The position numbers and the translations under genes were made by a program. The notes below the pieces were generated by a model, which saw only the letters and a program-made list of their open reading frames with translations, was not told the origin of the DNA and searched no databases. DNA of 64,000 nt, from NCBI GenBank assembly GCA_021158465.1, contig JAGGUN010000052.1, forward strand, positions 2,160 to 66,159, in the 5' to 3' direction. Source of the stretch: a bacterium (lineage in GTDB: Bacteria > UBP14 > UBA6098 > 4484-93). The first letter of the stretch is position 1. The number at the start of each line of letters is the position of its first letter. Shown one piece after another: positions 53,042 through 62,800 of this stretch.

Positions 53042-53743
53042 ATGAATCCAAGAATCTGGAAAAAGGCTCAAAAGAGCGAAAAATCCTGGTGGGAAAAAAG
53101 GATAAACTCACTTAACCTCGATTTCTATCGGCAGTTCGCAGAAGAGATTGTAAACGACATAAAGGAGCACCTCCCTCTATCCACCAAAACCCGTATACTC
53201 GAGATAGGTAGTGGAGCCGCAGGAAATCTAACATTCATCAAGACGGACTATCGGTTCGCGATAGACCCGCTCGAGCTGTTCTTTGCAAGCATCCCAAGAT
53301 TCCAGGGGATAAGGGATAAGAATGTATCCTACCTCGCCGCCATGGGAGAAGCACTTCCATTCAAAGATAGCTCGTTCGACCTCGTGATTATCGACAATGT
53401 CCTCGACCATTGCCTCTCACCCGAGACAGTCATACAAGAAACAACAAGGGTAACAAAAAATGGTGGCATAATCCATTTGAAACAGAATATCTTCTCACCA
53501 TACGGGAAATTCATAAGAATGTTTATCTACCGTCTCGGACTGGACAGGAAACATCCGTTCGCTTTCACAGAAAACGATGTCGAAAAGGTTGTGATGAGGA
53601 ACCAGCTAACTATCCTTACGAAGCAACGTAGGGGGTTCCTTCGTTCTCTTTACTATGCCTTCTCATCCCCAGAAAGCACAAGCAAAGGAAGCGCAATCCT
53701 CTTAGCTATGCGCGACCAGATAAAGATGATCTTGAAAAAATAG
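53042..53743 (+). CDS. Class I SAM-dependent methyltransferase
   Basis: The protein reads [11 protein letters not shown] and [14 protein letters not shown]. It starts 1 nt after the rpoD stop. Confidence 0.7.
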   Translation: MNPRIWKKAQKSEKSWWEKRINSLNLDFYRQFAEEIVNDIKEHLPLSTKTRILEIGSGAAGNLTFIKTDYRFAIDPLELFFASIPRFQGIRDKNVSYLAAMGEALPFKDSSFDLVIIDNVLDHCLSPETVIQETTRVTKNGGIIHLKQNIFSPYGKFIRMFIYRLGLDRKHPFAFTENDVEKVVMRNQLTILTKQRRGFLRSLYYAFSSPESTSKGSAILLAMRDQIKMILKK

Positions 53744-53797
53744 CCGAGAATCGAGAAGCGGTCTGCCTCACCAGCACTGAAGAGGACCAGCAAAGAC

Positions 53798-53885
53798 TGG
53801 CGGAGAGGCGGGGATTCGAACCCCGGGAACCTTACGGTTCAACGGTTTTCGAGACCGCCCCGTTCGACCACTCCGGCACCTCTCC
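53798..53885 (-). tRNA. tRNA-Ser(CGA), CCA encoded
   Basis: On the reverse complement the acceptor is GGAGAGG/CCTCTCC. The anticodon stem-loop is GCGGT-CTCGAAA-ACCGT and the long variable arm is GAACC-GTAA-GGTTC. The T arm is CGGGG-TTCGAAT-CCCCG and the 3' end is G-CCA. Confidence 0.85.
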
Positions 53886-54321
53886 GAATATCATCGAAAA
53901 AAACCCTCAATAGCTCCCTGCACTCACTGGCAAGAACCCCACCTGTTATCAGTATCCTGCCCGAAGGAAACGCACCCGTCGAAAGGAACGCATCAACGGA
54001 TGGGAACCGTTCATCAGAAGCACCATAGACAATCCTCGACACCCTCGCAACACAAAGAGCAGAAAGACACATAAGACAAGGTTCCTTGGTAACATAAACC
54101 GTGCACCCTGTAAGCCGCCAATTGTTCAATTTTCTCGCCGCCTCCCTGATCACAAGTATCTCTGCATGGGCAGTCGGATCGCAAAGCTGCTCGACGAGAT
54201 TATGGGCAGAAGAGAGCAACTGACCATCACATACAAGAACAGCCCCAACAGGCACCTCACCTATCACCCTCGCTCGCTCCGCCTCCCCGAGGGCAATCCG
54301 CATAAAATACTCATCCCTCAT
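53839..54321 (-). CDS. tadA: tRNA-specific adenosine(34) deaminase
   Basis: The protein reads [21 protein letters not shown] and [15 protein letters not shown] 54321 is used because the track start at 54363 lies inside tRNA-Arg. The last 47 nt overlap tRNA-Ser on the same strand. Confidence 0.85.
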   Translation of the reverse strand: MRDEYFMRIALGEAERARVIGEVPVGAVLVCDGQLLSSAHNLVEQLCDPTAHAEILVIREAARKLNNWRLTGCTVYVTKEPCLMCLSALCVARVSRIVYGASDERFPSVDAFLSTGAFPSGRILITGGVLASECRELLRVFFDDIRRGAGVVERGGLENR

Positions 54322-54336
54322 AAAGCCCAAATAAAA

Positions 54337-54410
54337 TGCGCCCGAGAGGATTCGAACCTCCAACCTACGGATTCGTAGTCCGTTGCTCTATCCAACTGAG
54401 CTACGGGCGC
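54337..54410 (-). tRNA. tRNA-Arg(ACG)
   Basis: On the reverse complement the acceptor is GCGCCCG/CGGGCGC. The anticodon stem-loop is ACGGA-CTACGAA-TCCGT and the T arm is GGAGG-TTCGAAT-CCTCT. Confidence 0.85.
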
Positions 54411-54454
54411 CCGCCTATCACTATGTTCTGCCAGGCTCAGAAAAAACAAAAAAA

Positions 54455-54526
54455 TACCGCTAAGGGGAGTCGAACCCCTGCTGCCGGCGTGAGAGGCCGG
54501 TGTCCTAACCACTAGACGATAGCGGC
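54455..54526 (-). tRNA. tRNA-Glu(CTC)
   Basis: On the reverse complement the acceptor is GCCGCTA/TAGCGGT. The anticodon stem-loop is CCGGC-CTCTCAC-GCCGG and the T arm is AGGGG-TTCGACT-CCCCT. Confidence 0.8.
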
Positions 54527-54539
54527 ATCTTCAAATGTT

Positions 54540-54567
54540 ATAGTATCTATTTTTAGAGCTCTGTCAA
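54540..54567 (-). promoter_or_regulatory. Candidate promoter for tRNA-Glu/tRNA-Arg/tadA/tRNA-Ser unit (TTGACA-16-TACTAT)
   Basis: The hexamers are on the reverse strand. The -10 ends 13 nt before the tRNA-Glu 5' end. Confidence 0.45.
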
Positions 54568-54627
54568 GAGAATTTTCGGGAAAAAACCATAACGCGCACT
54601 GCTCATCGTCGGAAATCTAAAATAAAC

Positions 54628-54656
54628 TTGACTTTAAGCGATAAGAGGATTATAAT
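54628..54656 (+). promoter_or_regulatory. Candidate promoter for surface-protein operon (TTGACT-17-TATAAT)
   Basis: The hexamers are at 54628-54633 and 54651-54656. AAGGTAGGG and TTG 54707 follow. Confidence 0.55.
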
Positions 54657-54706
54657 TAATAAAAAGTTATAGCTAATAAGTTCAAACACAAAGGTAGGGC
54701 AATATA

Positions 54707-55945
54707 TTGAAAGAAAGTTCTGGTTTGATCTTGCTTTTTCTTCTTTTTGTCGTTGGTTTCCTATCTGCTTCGGAGACTGATTGGATAATAAATTTCGAGT
54801 TCTACACGGCAGACACACTCATCTCAACAGACTTTTATAACAGAGCAGCAGTGCATCCTGACGCATCATTGGGACACGACATATTCGATGCGGAGGAGCT
54901 TTTCCCCCCTTTCATCTATTATGTGATGCTCTACTTCCCACATGATAACCCAGAAGACCTAAATACATACTGGGAACCACCATACAACTCCAAATACACC
55001 TTTGATTATCATCCGCCCGTCCTCGAGGGGGAAGATTCCTGGTATATGGAAGCGTATGTCGGACTGAGCTTCCCCACAGATGTCATACTGTCCTGGCAGA
55101 ATATAGGCTCTGCCCCCTTCGATATGGGGCTCTTCCTTGTGGATACTGCCACATCAGACACGACAAACCTGAGAGCGGAACAGTTTTTCACCTTTCACAC
55201 CGCCAGCATGCTGACCGGATATAATTTTGTTGTAAGGAGGGATGTGAACATAGATTTTAGGATAGTTCCTGTTTCAACAGAACTTACCACAGGGGTTGTT
55301 ACCCACTTTTATCCCTACATCTACGATATCTACGGTGACTCGGTTCTGGTTCCGGTCACATGGAGAACAAATCCAGACGGTATAGGTTACTTCCTCGACA
55401 ACTTCCGGTTCGTTCCGACAGAAGAGAGAGATGCTTACATCATAGCAGATTACTATCATCTGAGGGAGGACAGCGTTCTTGTCCACATATCGGGTGAATA
55501 CGATTCGATATCGGTTTCGCTTCGACCAGGATGGAATACAATAAGCTTGCCGGTAACGCCGGCAATTGCATCAGCCGACACAGCACTGGGTGACTCACTC
55601 AGCAATCTGTTATTCTCCTTTGACCCCATTAGCTACGCGTATGAGAGGGCAGAAACTGTTGAGGTAGGCACAGGATATTTTGTCTACTCTGGGGAAGAAA
55701 GAAGTATAACGGTTTCTGGTGTTCCCGCAAGGGAGGTCAGCATACCGCTTTCTCCCGGCTGGAACCTTATCGGAGTGCCGTTCGGAGATGTAGAGGAAAT
55801 AGTGGTCAGTCCACCTGGCGCTATCTGGGAAGAGTTCTTTTGGTTCAACCCAGATCTTAGGAGATACGAAACAGCCAGTTCACTTTTACCAGGCAGAGGA
55901 TATTGGGTTGCAGCATTTGATGAGTGTGTTCTACTCATAAGATAA
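54707..55945 (+). CDS. Secreted modular protein, function unknown (X-module, Big_2-like, two PGWN...GYWV modules)
   Basis: It has a TTG start and the signal peptide MKESSGLILLFLLFVVGFLSA. The tandem modules are LRPGWNTISLP...FSFDPISYAY...GTGYFV and LSPGWNLIGVP...FWFNPDLRRY...GRGYWVAA. It has no T9SS C-terminal domain. Confidence 0.7.
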   Translation: MKESSGLILLFLLFVVGFLSASETDWIINFEFYTADTLISTDFYNRAAVHPDASLGHDIFDAEELFPPFIYYVMLYFPHDNPEDLNTYWEPPYNSKYTFDYHPPVLEGEDSWYMEAYVGLSFPTDVILSWQNIGSAPFDMGLFLVDTATSDTTNLRAEQFFTFHTASMLTGYNFVVRRDVNIDFRIVPVSTELTTGVVTHFYPYIYDIYGDSVLVPVTWRTNPDGIGYFLDNFRFVPTEERDAYIIADYYHLREDSVLVHISGEYDSISVSLRPGWNTISLPVTPAIASADTALGDSLSNLLFSFDPISYAYERAETVEVGTGYFVYSGEERSITVSGVPAREVSIPLSPGWNLIGVPFGDVEEIVVSPPGAIWEEFFWFNPDLRRYETASSLLPGRGYWVAAFDECVLLIR

Positions 55946-55957
55946 GGGGATAAAAAG

Positions 55958-58900
55958 ATGAAAGAGAGAATGCGGACAGCTTTGTTATCATCGGCAATGC
56001 TCCTTACCCTATTGGGTGCAGGCTTCTCGGGTAACCTTTATAAGGAGCATTTCGAGAGCCTTCGTTATTGTGACATTCCACGGACCACAGGCGAGTGGAA
56101 TATCTCCGATGGACAGGCGAACGCACCTGGGCATCTTGCAGAATCAACCTATGTTTCACTGAATGGAGCAAGCAAGAAAATCCAGATTGTGGATAGGTAC
56201 GCTTACATTGCGACTGGCCGTGGGCTTGAGATAGTTGACCTTGCACCCAATCCACCTGCATTGGTTGGTTCACTTAATGTCGGGGATTGTGTGGACATCG
56301 GTGTTCTCGGTAAATACGCATATCTTCTAACAACAGCCGGAGATGACAGCCTCGTCAAGGTCGATGTTTCAGCCCCGACATCTCCCTCGCATGTTGCAGA
56401 TGCAAATGTATCCAGCCCATCTGGATTAACCCTGACGAACAAGTATGCATATGTTGTCGCGGGAAACTCAATCTACTGCTATGACATATCCGGCACCGGG
56501 ATAACAGCCGTCTCCAACCACACACTCTCTGGAACAGGTGTCGATGTCGACGCCTGTGGAAGGTATATGGTCGTTGTCGAGAGAAGCGGCAACCGGCTGG
56601 AGATTGTGAACGCATCAGATCCGGCAAGTATGCTCCTCGAAGGGAGCTGCACGCTACCGACCGAGCCAAAACAGGTTATAATATCCGGGCAGATAGCGTA
56701 TGTCGGAGCAGAGGACAGCGTCTATATGGTCGACATAACCGACCTGAGTTCTCCAACAGTGGTGCATTCATCCGCGATACAGGAGAACGCCAAAGACCTG
56801 TTCATGTGGGGGAGATGGCTCTTCATCGCCGACGGAACAGAAGGACTAACCGTCCTAAACCTGAACAAAGGGTATGAAAAGGCACACATCAAGCTAACGG
56901 AAGAGTTGCATACAGGGGGAACAAGCGCAACGGGGGTTTCTGTTGGTAGCGCCTATGCGCTTGTCGCTGATTCAACATCCAGTCTGCAGGCATTCTTCAT
57001 CGGTGATACGGCGGCACCGGCAGGAACCCTGTGGACAGACATAATATTCGCCGAAACAACTTATGTGAGCAAGAGTTCAAGCAGAACACTCCTCGATGTA
57101 GAAACCGTAGGAAACTTAGCTTACTTCTCTGTGCATATGTATGGAATTATAGTGGTTGATATTTCCGATCTGACAGATATGCGAGTGATCGATTCATTTG
57201 CTGTCAGCGGGGCGCCCTGCGGGCTCGACATAGACGGGAACGAACTCTTCCTCGCAGCGGGCGATGAGGGAGTATATGCATATACTATAGAGGATTCGGC
57301 ACTGTCAAGTAATTGGCACACCAACGGCATCAGCGAGATAATAGATGTCGCTGCAAGCGATTCGTTCGTCTATGCTGCGGTATCCAACGGCTCACTCGGC
57401 GTTAGGAAACTGCGAAGGAGCGACGGAGCTCTGCTCGCCTCCTACTCCACATCATCACCTGTCTTCGGGGTATATGTCTATGGCGACTATGTCTACGCGG
57501 CAGCAACAGCAATTGGAGTCATAAAGCTGACCAAAGAGCTCTCAGCGGTTGATACATTCGCTACAACCGATGCTTGGGGCGTCTGCGCCGACGGACAATA
57601 CATTTATGTCGCAGACAAGATAGACGGACTAAAGGTGGTGGCATCCGATGATATGACAGAGATTACGACGGTGTCAACCTCCACCCTTGGTGGCGACCCA
57701 CACGGTGTAATAGTCAAGAATAGCCTCGCCTATGTCGCACTGGATACCATTGTTACCATCTTGGATGTTACAAACCCCACAAACCCGAGTGTGTTTGACC
57801 ATAGTCCACCAGGGATTCTGCCATCAGGAGTTGCACCAGTCGGAGATTACCTTATAGTCGCCGACAACGCAGGCGGCGCAAGGAGCCTGTACTACTTTAA
57901 TAATATGATTTATACCAAGAAGACAAACTATGTGTTTCACTCCACCGATGTCAGGGATACCTGCACCGGTGAGAACACCGAATATAACGGCGTATACTGG
58001 AGATGTTACCAGCAGAAAGATGCTGATACAGACACAACCGACTACTATCTGGTATTTGTTAGCGCATCAGGTGACTCAGACACACTTTTCATCTTCAGGG
58101 ACGAGTCGGAGCCAGAACCAGGACCAGGAGGCGAGATTACATACTATCCTCTCTCCGACACATTCACCGAACTTTACTGGTGCGGCACACACGAAGACAA
58201 TCTGACCTCGCCGGATTTTGACCTCATAATAGACTCCATCATCATCGGGGATACACTCGCTGACTTCTCCCGCAAGTGGCGCGTGCCGATAGAGGTTGAA
58301 GGGAGCGGTGGAGGGTTCGTCGAGCTGGAGCTTGCCGGAGACTCATCCGCAACATACGGATACGACGAAGGTATAGATACACTCTACATCCCAACAGGTG
58401 TATTCGATGCATACTTCCTCGTTGACGGCAGGATGCTCCAGAAAAACCATATCGGGCTATTCGAGAAACCAAAGGACATAATTCTGAAGGTCGAAGGGGA
58501 TAATGCAACCATCCGCTGGGACCCGAGAGACCTACCAGACGGGAATTTCTTCCTTTCCGGGGTCAATATGAAGGAAGACTCATCGTTCACTGCCACCGAT
58601 GGCGAGGAACTTACCCTTGTTCAGGAACCAGTTTATAACCTGTTCTATCAGAGGAGGCTTTTCCCAGGATGGAACATCGCCTCACTCGTGGCAGACGGAC
58701 CAGACAACTCTACCAGAAACATCCTCGGCGAAGAGGTGTTAGCATTCTCTTATGACCCCATCGGAAGAAGATACATTAGAACGGATACACTGAATCAAGG
58801 AGTCGGTTACTTCTGTTTGAACAACCAGGACAGAATAAGATACTACTCCTACAACGGGATACCCATTATGCGCACAACTGTCCACCTATATCCTGGCTGG

Positions 58901-59788
58901 AACCTCATCGGGGGACTGAACATTGACAATATAGATGTATCACTCATAACAACCGAACCAGCAGCCTCTCTCATCCCAGGGAGCTTTTTCAGATATGACC
59001 CGATTGCACGAGAATATGAAAACATCGCAACGCTTACATCAGGCGAAGGCTACTGGGTGGCAGCAGAAACCGAGTGCGATATGACGATCGACTACACGAT
59101 GCAAACGGAGACAAGAAAGCGGCCCCTGAAGACCCCAGATTGGTATGTTACGATGAGGGCAGGAAACAATACCATCGATTTCGGCTGTGGAAGAGGAGCT
59201 ACAACAGGATACGACTACCTGTTCGACATACTCCTACCACCCGCCTTACCAGGTGAGGAGCAGATTGCAATCGTTGAGGATGTTCCTATTACACCAGAGT
59301 TCAAGCGAAGCATCCATCCGAGGAATAAACCATCTTGGGAGGTCGTTCTACCAGAGGATAGAGTGGTAACCTTTGACACGAAACAACTTCCGAACAATCT
59401 CACACTTTACATCGAAGGAGAGGGAAGCACAAATAGGATAGAAAGCAACCAAGAATTCACTCTCCCAGCCGGAAGATACAAGATATTCGCAAAACAGAGC
59501 AATCTACCAAAGAAGCTATATCTCGACCCAGCATCTCCCAACCCGTTCAACGCGAGCGTGAAACTGAGATTTGGTCTACCAGAAGAAGGAAAGGTGGAAC
59601 TCGCTATCTACAACATCCTCGGTCAGAAGGTGAAAACGCTTGTGGACGAGACGCTCCCCGCTGGTGAGTACAGCGCCCTTTGGAACGGAAAAACAGCCGA
59701 AGGGAAGACCGCTCCATCAGGGATATACTTCTACCGGATTACATTCGACGAGGAAAAGATAACGAGGAAGATGCTACTTCTAAAGTAG
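55958..59788 (+). CDS. Large surface protein: LVIVD-repeat beta-propeller region, X and PGWN...GYWV modules, T9SS C-terminal sorting domain
   Basis: About a dozen LVIVD-like repeats are present (YAYIATGRGLEIVDL, RLEIVNASDP, SVYMVDITDLSSP, GLTVLNL, GIIVVDISDL, IVTILDVTNPTNP). The PGWN modules are LFPGWNIASL..SYDPIGRRY..GVGYFC and LYPGWNLIGG..FRYDPIAREY..GEGYWVAA. The C-terminal domain reads SPNPFNASVKLRF...SGIYFYRITFDEEKITRKMLLLK. Confidence 0.8.
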   Translation: MKERMRTALLSSAMLLTLLGAGFSGNLYKEHFESLRYCDIPRTTGEWNISDGQANAPGHLAESTYVSLNGASKKIQIVDRYAYIATGRGLEIVDLAPNPPALVGSLNVGDCVDIGVLGKYAYLLTTAGDDSLVKVDVSAPTSPSHVADANVSSPSGLTLTNKYAYVVAGNSIYCYDISGTGITAVSNHTLSGTGVDVDACGRYMVVVERSGNRLEIVNASDPASMLLEGSCTLPTEPKQVIISGQIAYVGAEDSVYMVDITDLSSPTVVHSSAIQENAKDLFMWGRWLFIADGTEGLTVLNLNKGYEKAHIKLTEELHTGGTSATGVSVGSAYALVADSTSSLQAFFIGDTAAPAGTLWTDIIFAETTYVSKSSSRTLLDVETVGNLAYFSVHMYGIIVVDISDLTDMRVIDSFAVSGAPCGLDIDGNELFLAAGDEGVYAYTIEDSALSSNWHTNGISEIIDVAASDSFVYAAVSNGSLGVRKLRRSDGALLASYSTSSPVFGVYVYGDYVYAAATAIGVIKLTKELSAVDTFATTDAWGVCADGQYIYVADKIDGLKVVASDDMTEITTVSTSTLGGDPHGVIVKNSLAYVALDTIVTILDVTNPTNPSVFDHSPPGILPSGVAPVGDYLIVADNAGGARSLYYFNNMIYTKKTNYVFHSTDVRDTCTGENTEYNGVYWRCYQQKDADTDTTDYYLVFVSASGDSDTLFIFRDESEPEPGPGGEITYYPLSDTFTELYWCGTHEDNLTSPDFDLIIDSIIIGDTLADFSRKWRVPIEVEGSGGGFVELELAGDSSATYGYDEGIDTLYIPTGVFDAYFLVDGRMLQKNHIGLFEKPKDIILKVEGDNATIRWDPRDLPDGNFFLSGVNMKEDSSFTATDGEELTLVQEPVYNLFYQRRLFPGWNIASLVADGPDNSTRNILGEEVLAFSYDPIGRRYIRTDTLNQGVGYFCLNNQDRIRYYSYNGIPIMRTTVHLYPGWNLIGGLNIDNIDVSLITTEPAASLIPGSFFRYDPIAREYENIATLTSGEGYWVAAETECDMTIDYTMQTETRKRPLKTPDWYVTMRAGNNTIDFGCGRGATTGYDYLFDILLPPALPGEEQIAIVEDVPITPEFKRSIHPRNKPSWEVVLPEDRVVTFDTKQLPNNLTLYIEGEGSTNRIESNQEFTLPAGRYKIFAKQSNLPKKLYLDPASPNPFNASVKLRFGLPEEGKVELAIYNILGQKVKTLVDETLPAGEYSALWNGKTAEGKTAPSGIYFYRITFDEEKITRKMLLLK

Positions 59789-59813
59789 CTGTCGGACCCT
59801 TTCCCACCCTTCT

Positions 59814-62800
59814 ATGCTCGAAAGCCTGAAACAGATCGTTGCATCATCGGATACAGCAGGTCAGCTCATCAAAGAGATAAAGGAAGGGAGTTCGCTTTCC
59901 ATTCAGCCTGCACCAGCCGGATTCCTCGCTATACTCATCTCCGCTCTCTTCCGCAGAACAAAAAGGACCATAGTCGTCATTGCACCAGAGAAGACAGAGG
60001 AGATATTAGCAGATATCGAACTTGTGGAGAAAAGAACACTCTATTTTCCTGCTTATGATATTCTGCCTTACGATACCAGCCGCCCCGACACCGAGATCGT
60101 CGCCAGAAGAATAGAAACGGTATACCGAATGATGGAAACACCGAGGCATATAATCGTAACAAGCCCGAGGGCGCTTCTTGAGAAAACCATCCCAAAGCAG
60201 TTGCTGAAACCGATAAAAATCCACAAGGGCGAGACTGTTGAGCCGAAAGAATTAAAGGCAAAACTTATCGAAAACGGGTACAAAAGCTGCGATGCCACAG
60301 GATATATCGGTGAGTTCTCGTCGCGCGGAGGGATAATAGATCTCTTCACACCAGGGACAGTCGATCCAGTGAGACTCGAATTCTTCGGGGATACAGTCGA
60401 ATCCATAAGGCTGTTCTCCGCAAGAAACCAGCGATCAATAAGAAAGATAAAGGAATGCACAATCCTCCCCTCAACCGAGGCGGTACCGCTCCTGAGAGCA
60501 GTAAGAGGTAACAGAATACAGGAGAACATAAACCCAGATACTACTCGGAAAATCCCCAAAGAACGGTTAGAGAAGGTCATTGAGCGTCTCCAATTCGACC
60601 CAGAGTTCCCCGGATACCTTTGGTTTCTACCGCTCTTCTTGCCCGAAGCAAACACACTCCAAGACTACCTCCCAGAGGATACCATCTTCGTCATTACAGA
60701 AGAGGAAGAATTTCACCGCCAGCTCTCCGAATTTGAATCGGAGGCAAACGAGCTCTACACAAGAAAACTAACAGAGAAAATACCACCTCTCCCACCGGAG
60801 CTAATATTCGCCAACAAGGATGAACTTACCAAACAGATTGAACATAAACAGCTCATATCATTCGGATTGAAAGGAAAAGCGGTTCTTCCAGTCTCTCCAC
60901 AGAACACCATAGGCGGTGATATAGCTCTTCTGCAGGAGACCCTGAAAAGATATAACAGGAACGGATATAAGACCTTTATCCTCTGTGACAATGTCGGGCA
61001 GGCAGAGAGGATGAAAAACCTCGTCGGAGGCATCCGTCTCACACTCGAGATTGCACCGCTCTCAGAAGGGTTCATATTCACTGAGGGAAGACTGGCAGTA
61101 TTCACCGACAACGGAATATTTGCCCGATACCGTAGACGCTCCAGAGAAAAACGCTACCACGAGGGAACATACAGCGAGCCTATCTCGCTCGAACCAGGGG
61201 ACTACCTTGTCCATTTAGAGTACGGAATAGGAAGATTTGTCGGAATTGAGAACCTCACCGTCGGAGATGTAACAACCGAATGCATCGTGCTCGAATACGA
61301 CAAGAGAGACAAGCTGTATGTCCCCTCTACAGATTTTCACCTTCTCCAGAGATACGAAGGGAAAACCACAGATGTCAAGCTCGCCCGCCTCACAAGCGAC
61401 CGCTGGAAACGGACAAAAAAGAAGGTCAAACAGAAGGTTACCGAACTTGCAGGAGAACTGCTCGAAATATACACACTAAGACAGAAGCTCACCGGAATAC
61501 AGCACAAAGGTGATGAAACCCTGTTCAACCAGCTGGAAGCATCGTTCATCTATGACGAGACGGAGGACCAAGCACGGGCAACAGAAGAGGTGCTTCTGAA
61601 TATGGAAGAACCACACCCGATGGATAGGCTCCTTACAGGCGATGTCGGCTTTGGGAAGACAGAGGTAGCCATAAGAGCAGCGTTCAAAGCAGTTCTGAGC
61701 GGGTATCAGGTGGCGGTGCTTGTCCCGACAACAATACTGGCTGAACAGCACACAGCAACATTCAGAGAAAGACTGTCGGACTTCCCCGTGATAATCGAAA
61801 CACTATCACGCCTCCAAACAAAAAGAAAGCAGAGCCAGATTATCGAGAGCCTAAGGGAAGGAAAGATTGACATTATCATAGGAACACATAGACTGCTATC
61901 TCCTGATGTCGATTTTAAGAAACTGGGGCTCCTTATAATCGACGAAGAGCAGAAGTTCGGCGTAAGGGATAAGGAGAAGATAAAGAGGCTGAAGCTGAAT
62001 ATCGATGTCCTCTCGATGAGCGCAACCCCGATACCGAGAACCCTCTATCTCGCACTATCAGGGGTGAGGGATATGTCGTTGATAAACACACCGCCACAGG
62101 AGCGGAAACCTGTCTACACACAGATAATCGAGTTTAATCCGAAGCTTTTCAAGATGATTATCCGCAGGGAATTGGACCGTGGCGGGCAGGTATTCTTCCT
62201 GCACAATAGGATAAACTCCGTCGGAACAGTGGCAAAACTCCTCAGAGAAGCAATGCCAGATGTAAGAATTGCCATCGTACACGGCAGAATGGACGAACAG
62301 AAGCTCGAAAAGACATTCCTCGACTTCCTCAACAGAAAATTCGACCTGCTCTTATCCACTACAATCATTGAGAACGGTATAGATATCCCAAATGTTAACA
62401 CGATCATTATCAACCGTGCGGACAAACTCGGACTCGCAGACCTATACCAACTCCGAGGTAGAGTGGGACGCTCAAAGAGACAGGCATACTGTTACCTCGT
62501 TGCCCCACCATATCAAATGATGAGCTCAAAAGCAAGGGCACGATTGAAAGCGATACTCGAACACACCTCCCTCGCCAGCGGACTGAATATTGCTATGCGT
62601 GACCTGGAAATCAGGGGAGCAGGAAACCTGCTCGGTAAACAGCAGAGCGGCTTTATAGACGCAATCGGATTCGAACTTTACAACCAGCTTCTACTCGAGG
62701 CAGTGAAGGAAGCAAAAGGAGAGAAAACGGAGCCGTTTATCCCGGTACCATTCCAGACAAGCACCCCAGTCTCTATCCCGAAAGAATACATCCCGCATGT

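Noticed and set aside
54322-54363. The N-terminal extension of the tadA ORF
   Set aside because: It runs into tRNA-Arg(ACG). Comparison with typical TadA N-termini (..EYWM..AL..A) fits the start at 54321.
60068-60655. A 195-aa minus-strand ORF, together with the many other 60-130-aa antisense ORFs in the track
   Set aside because: They lie inside strongly supported genes (mfd, sprA, lysS, mutS2, dnaG and others) and have shadow-frame composition and no SD.
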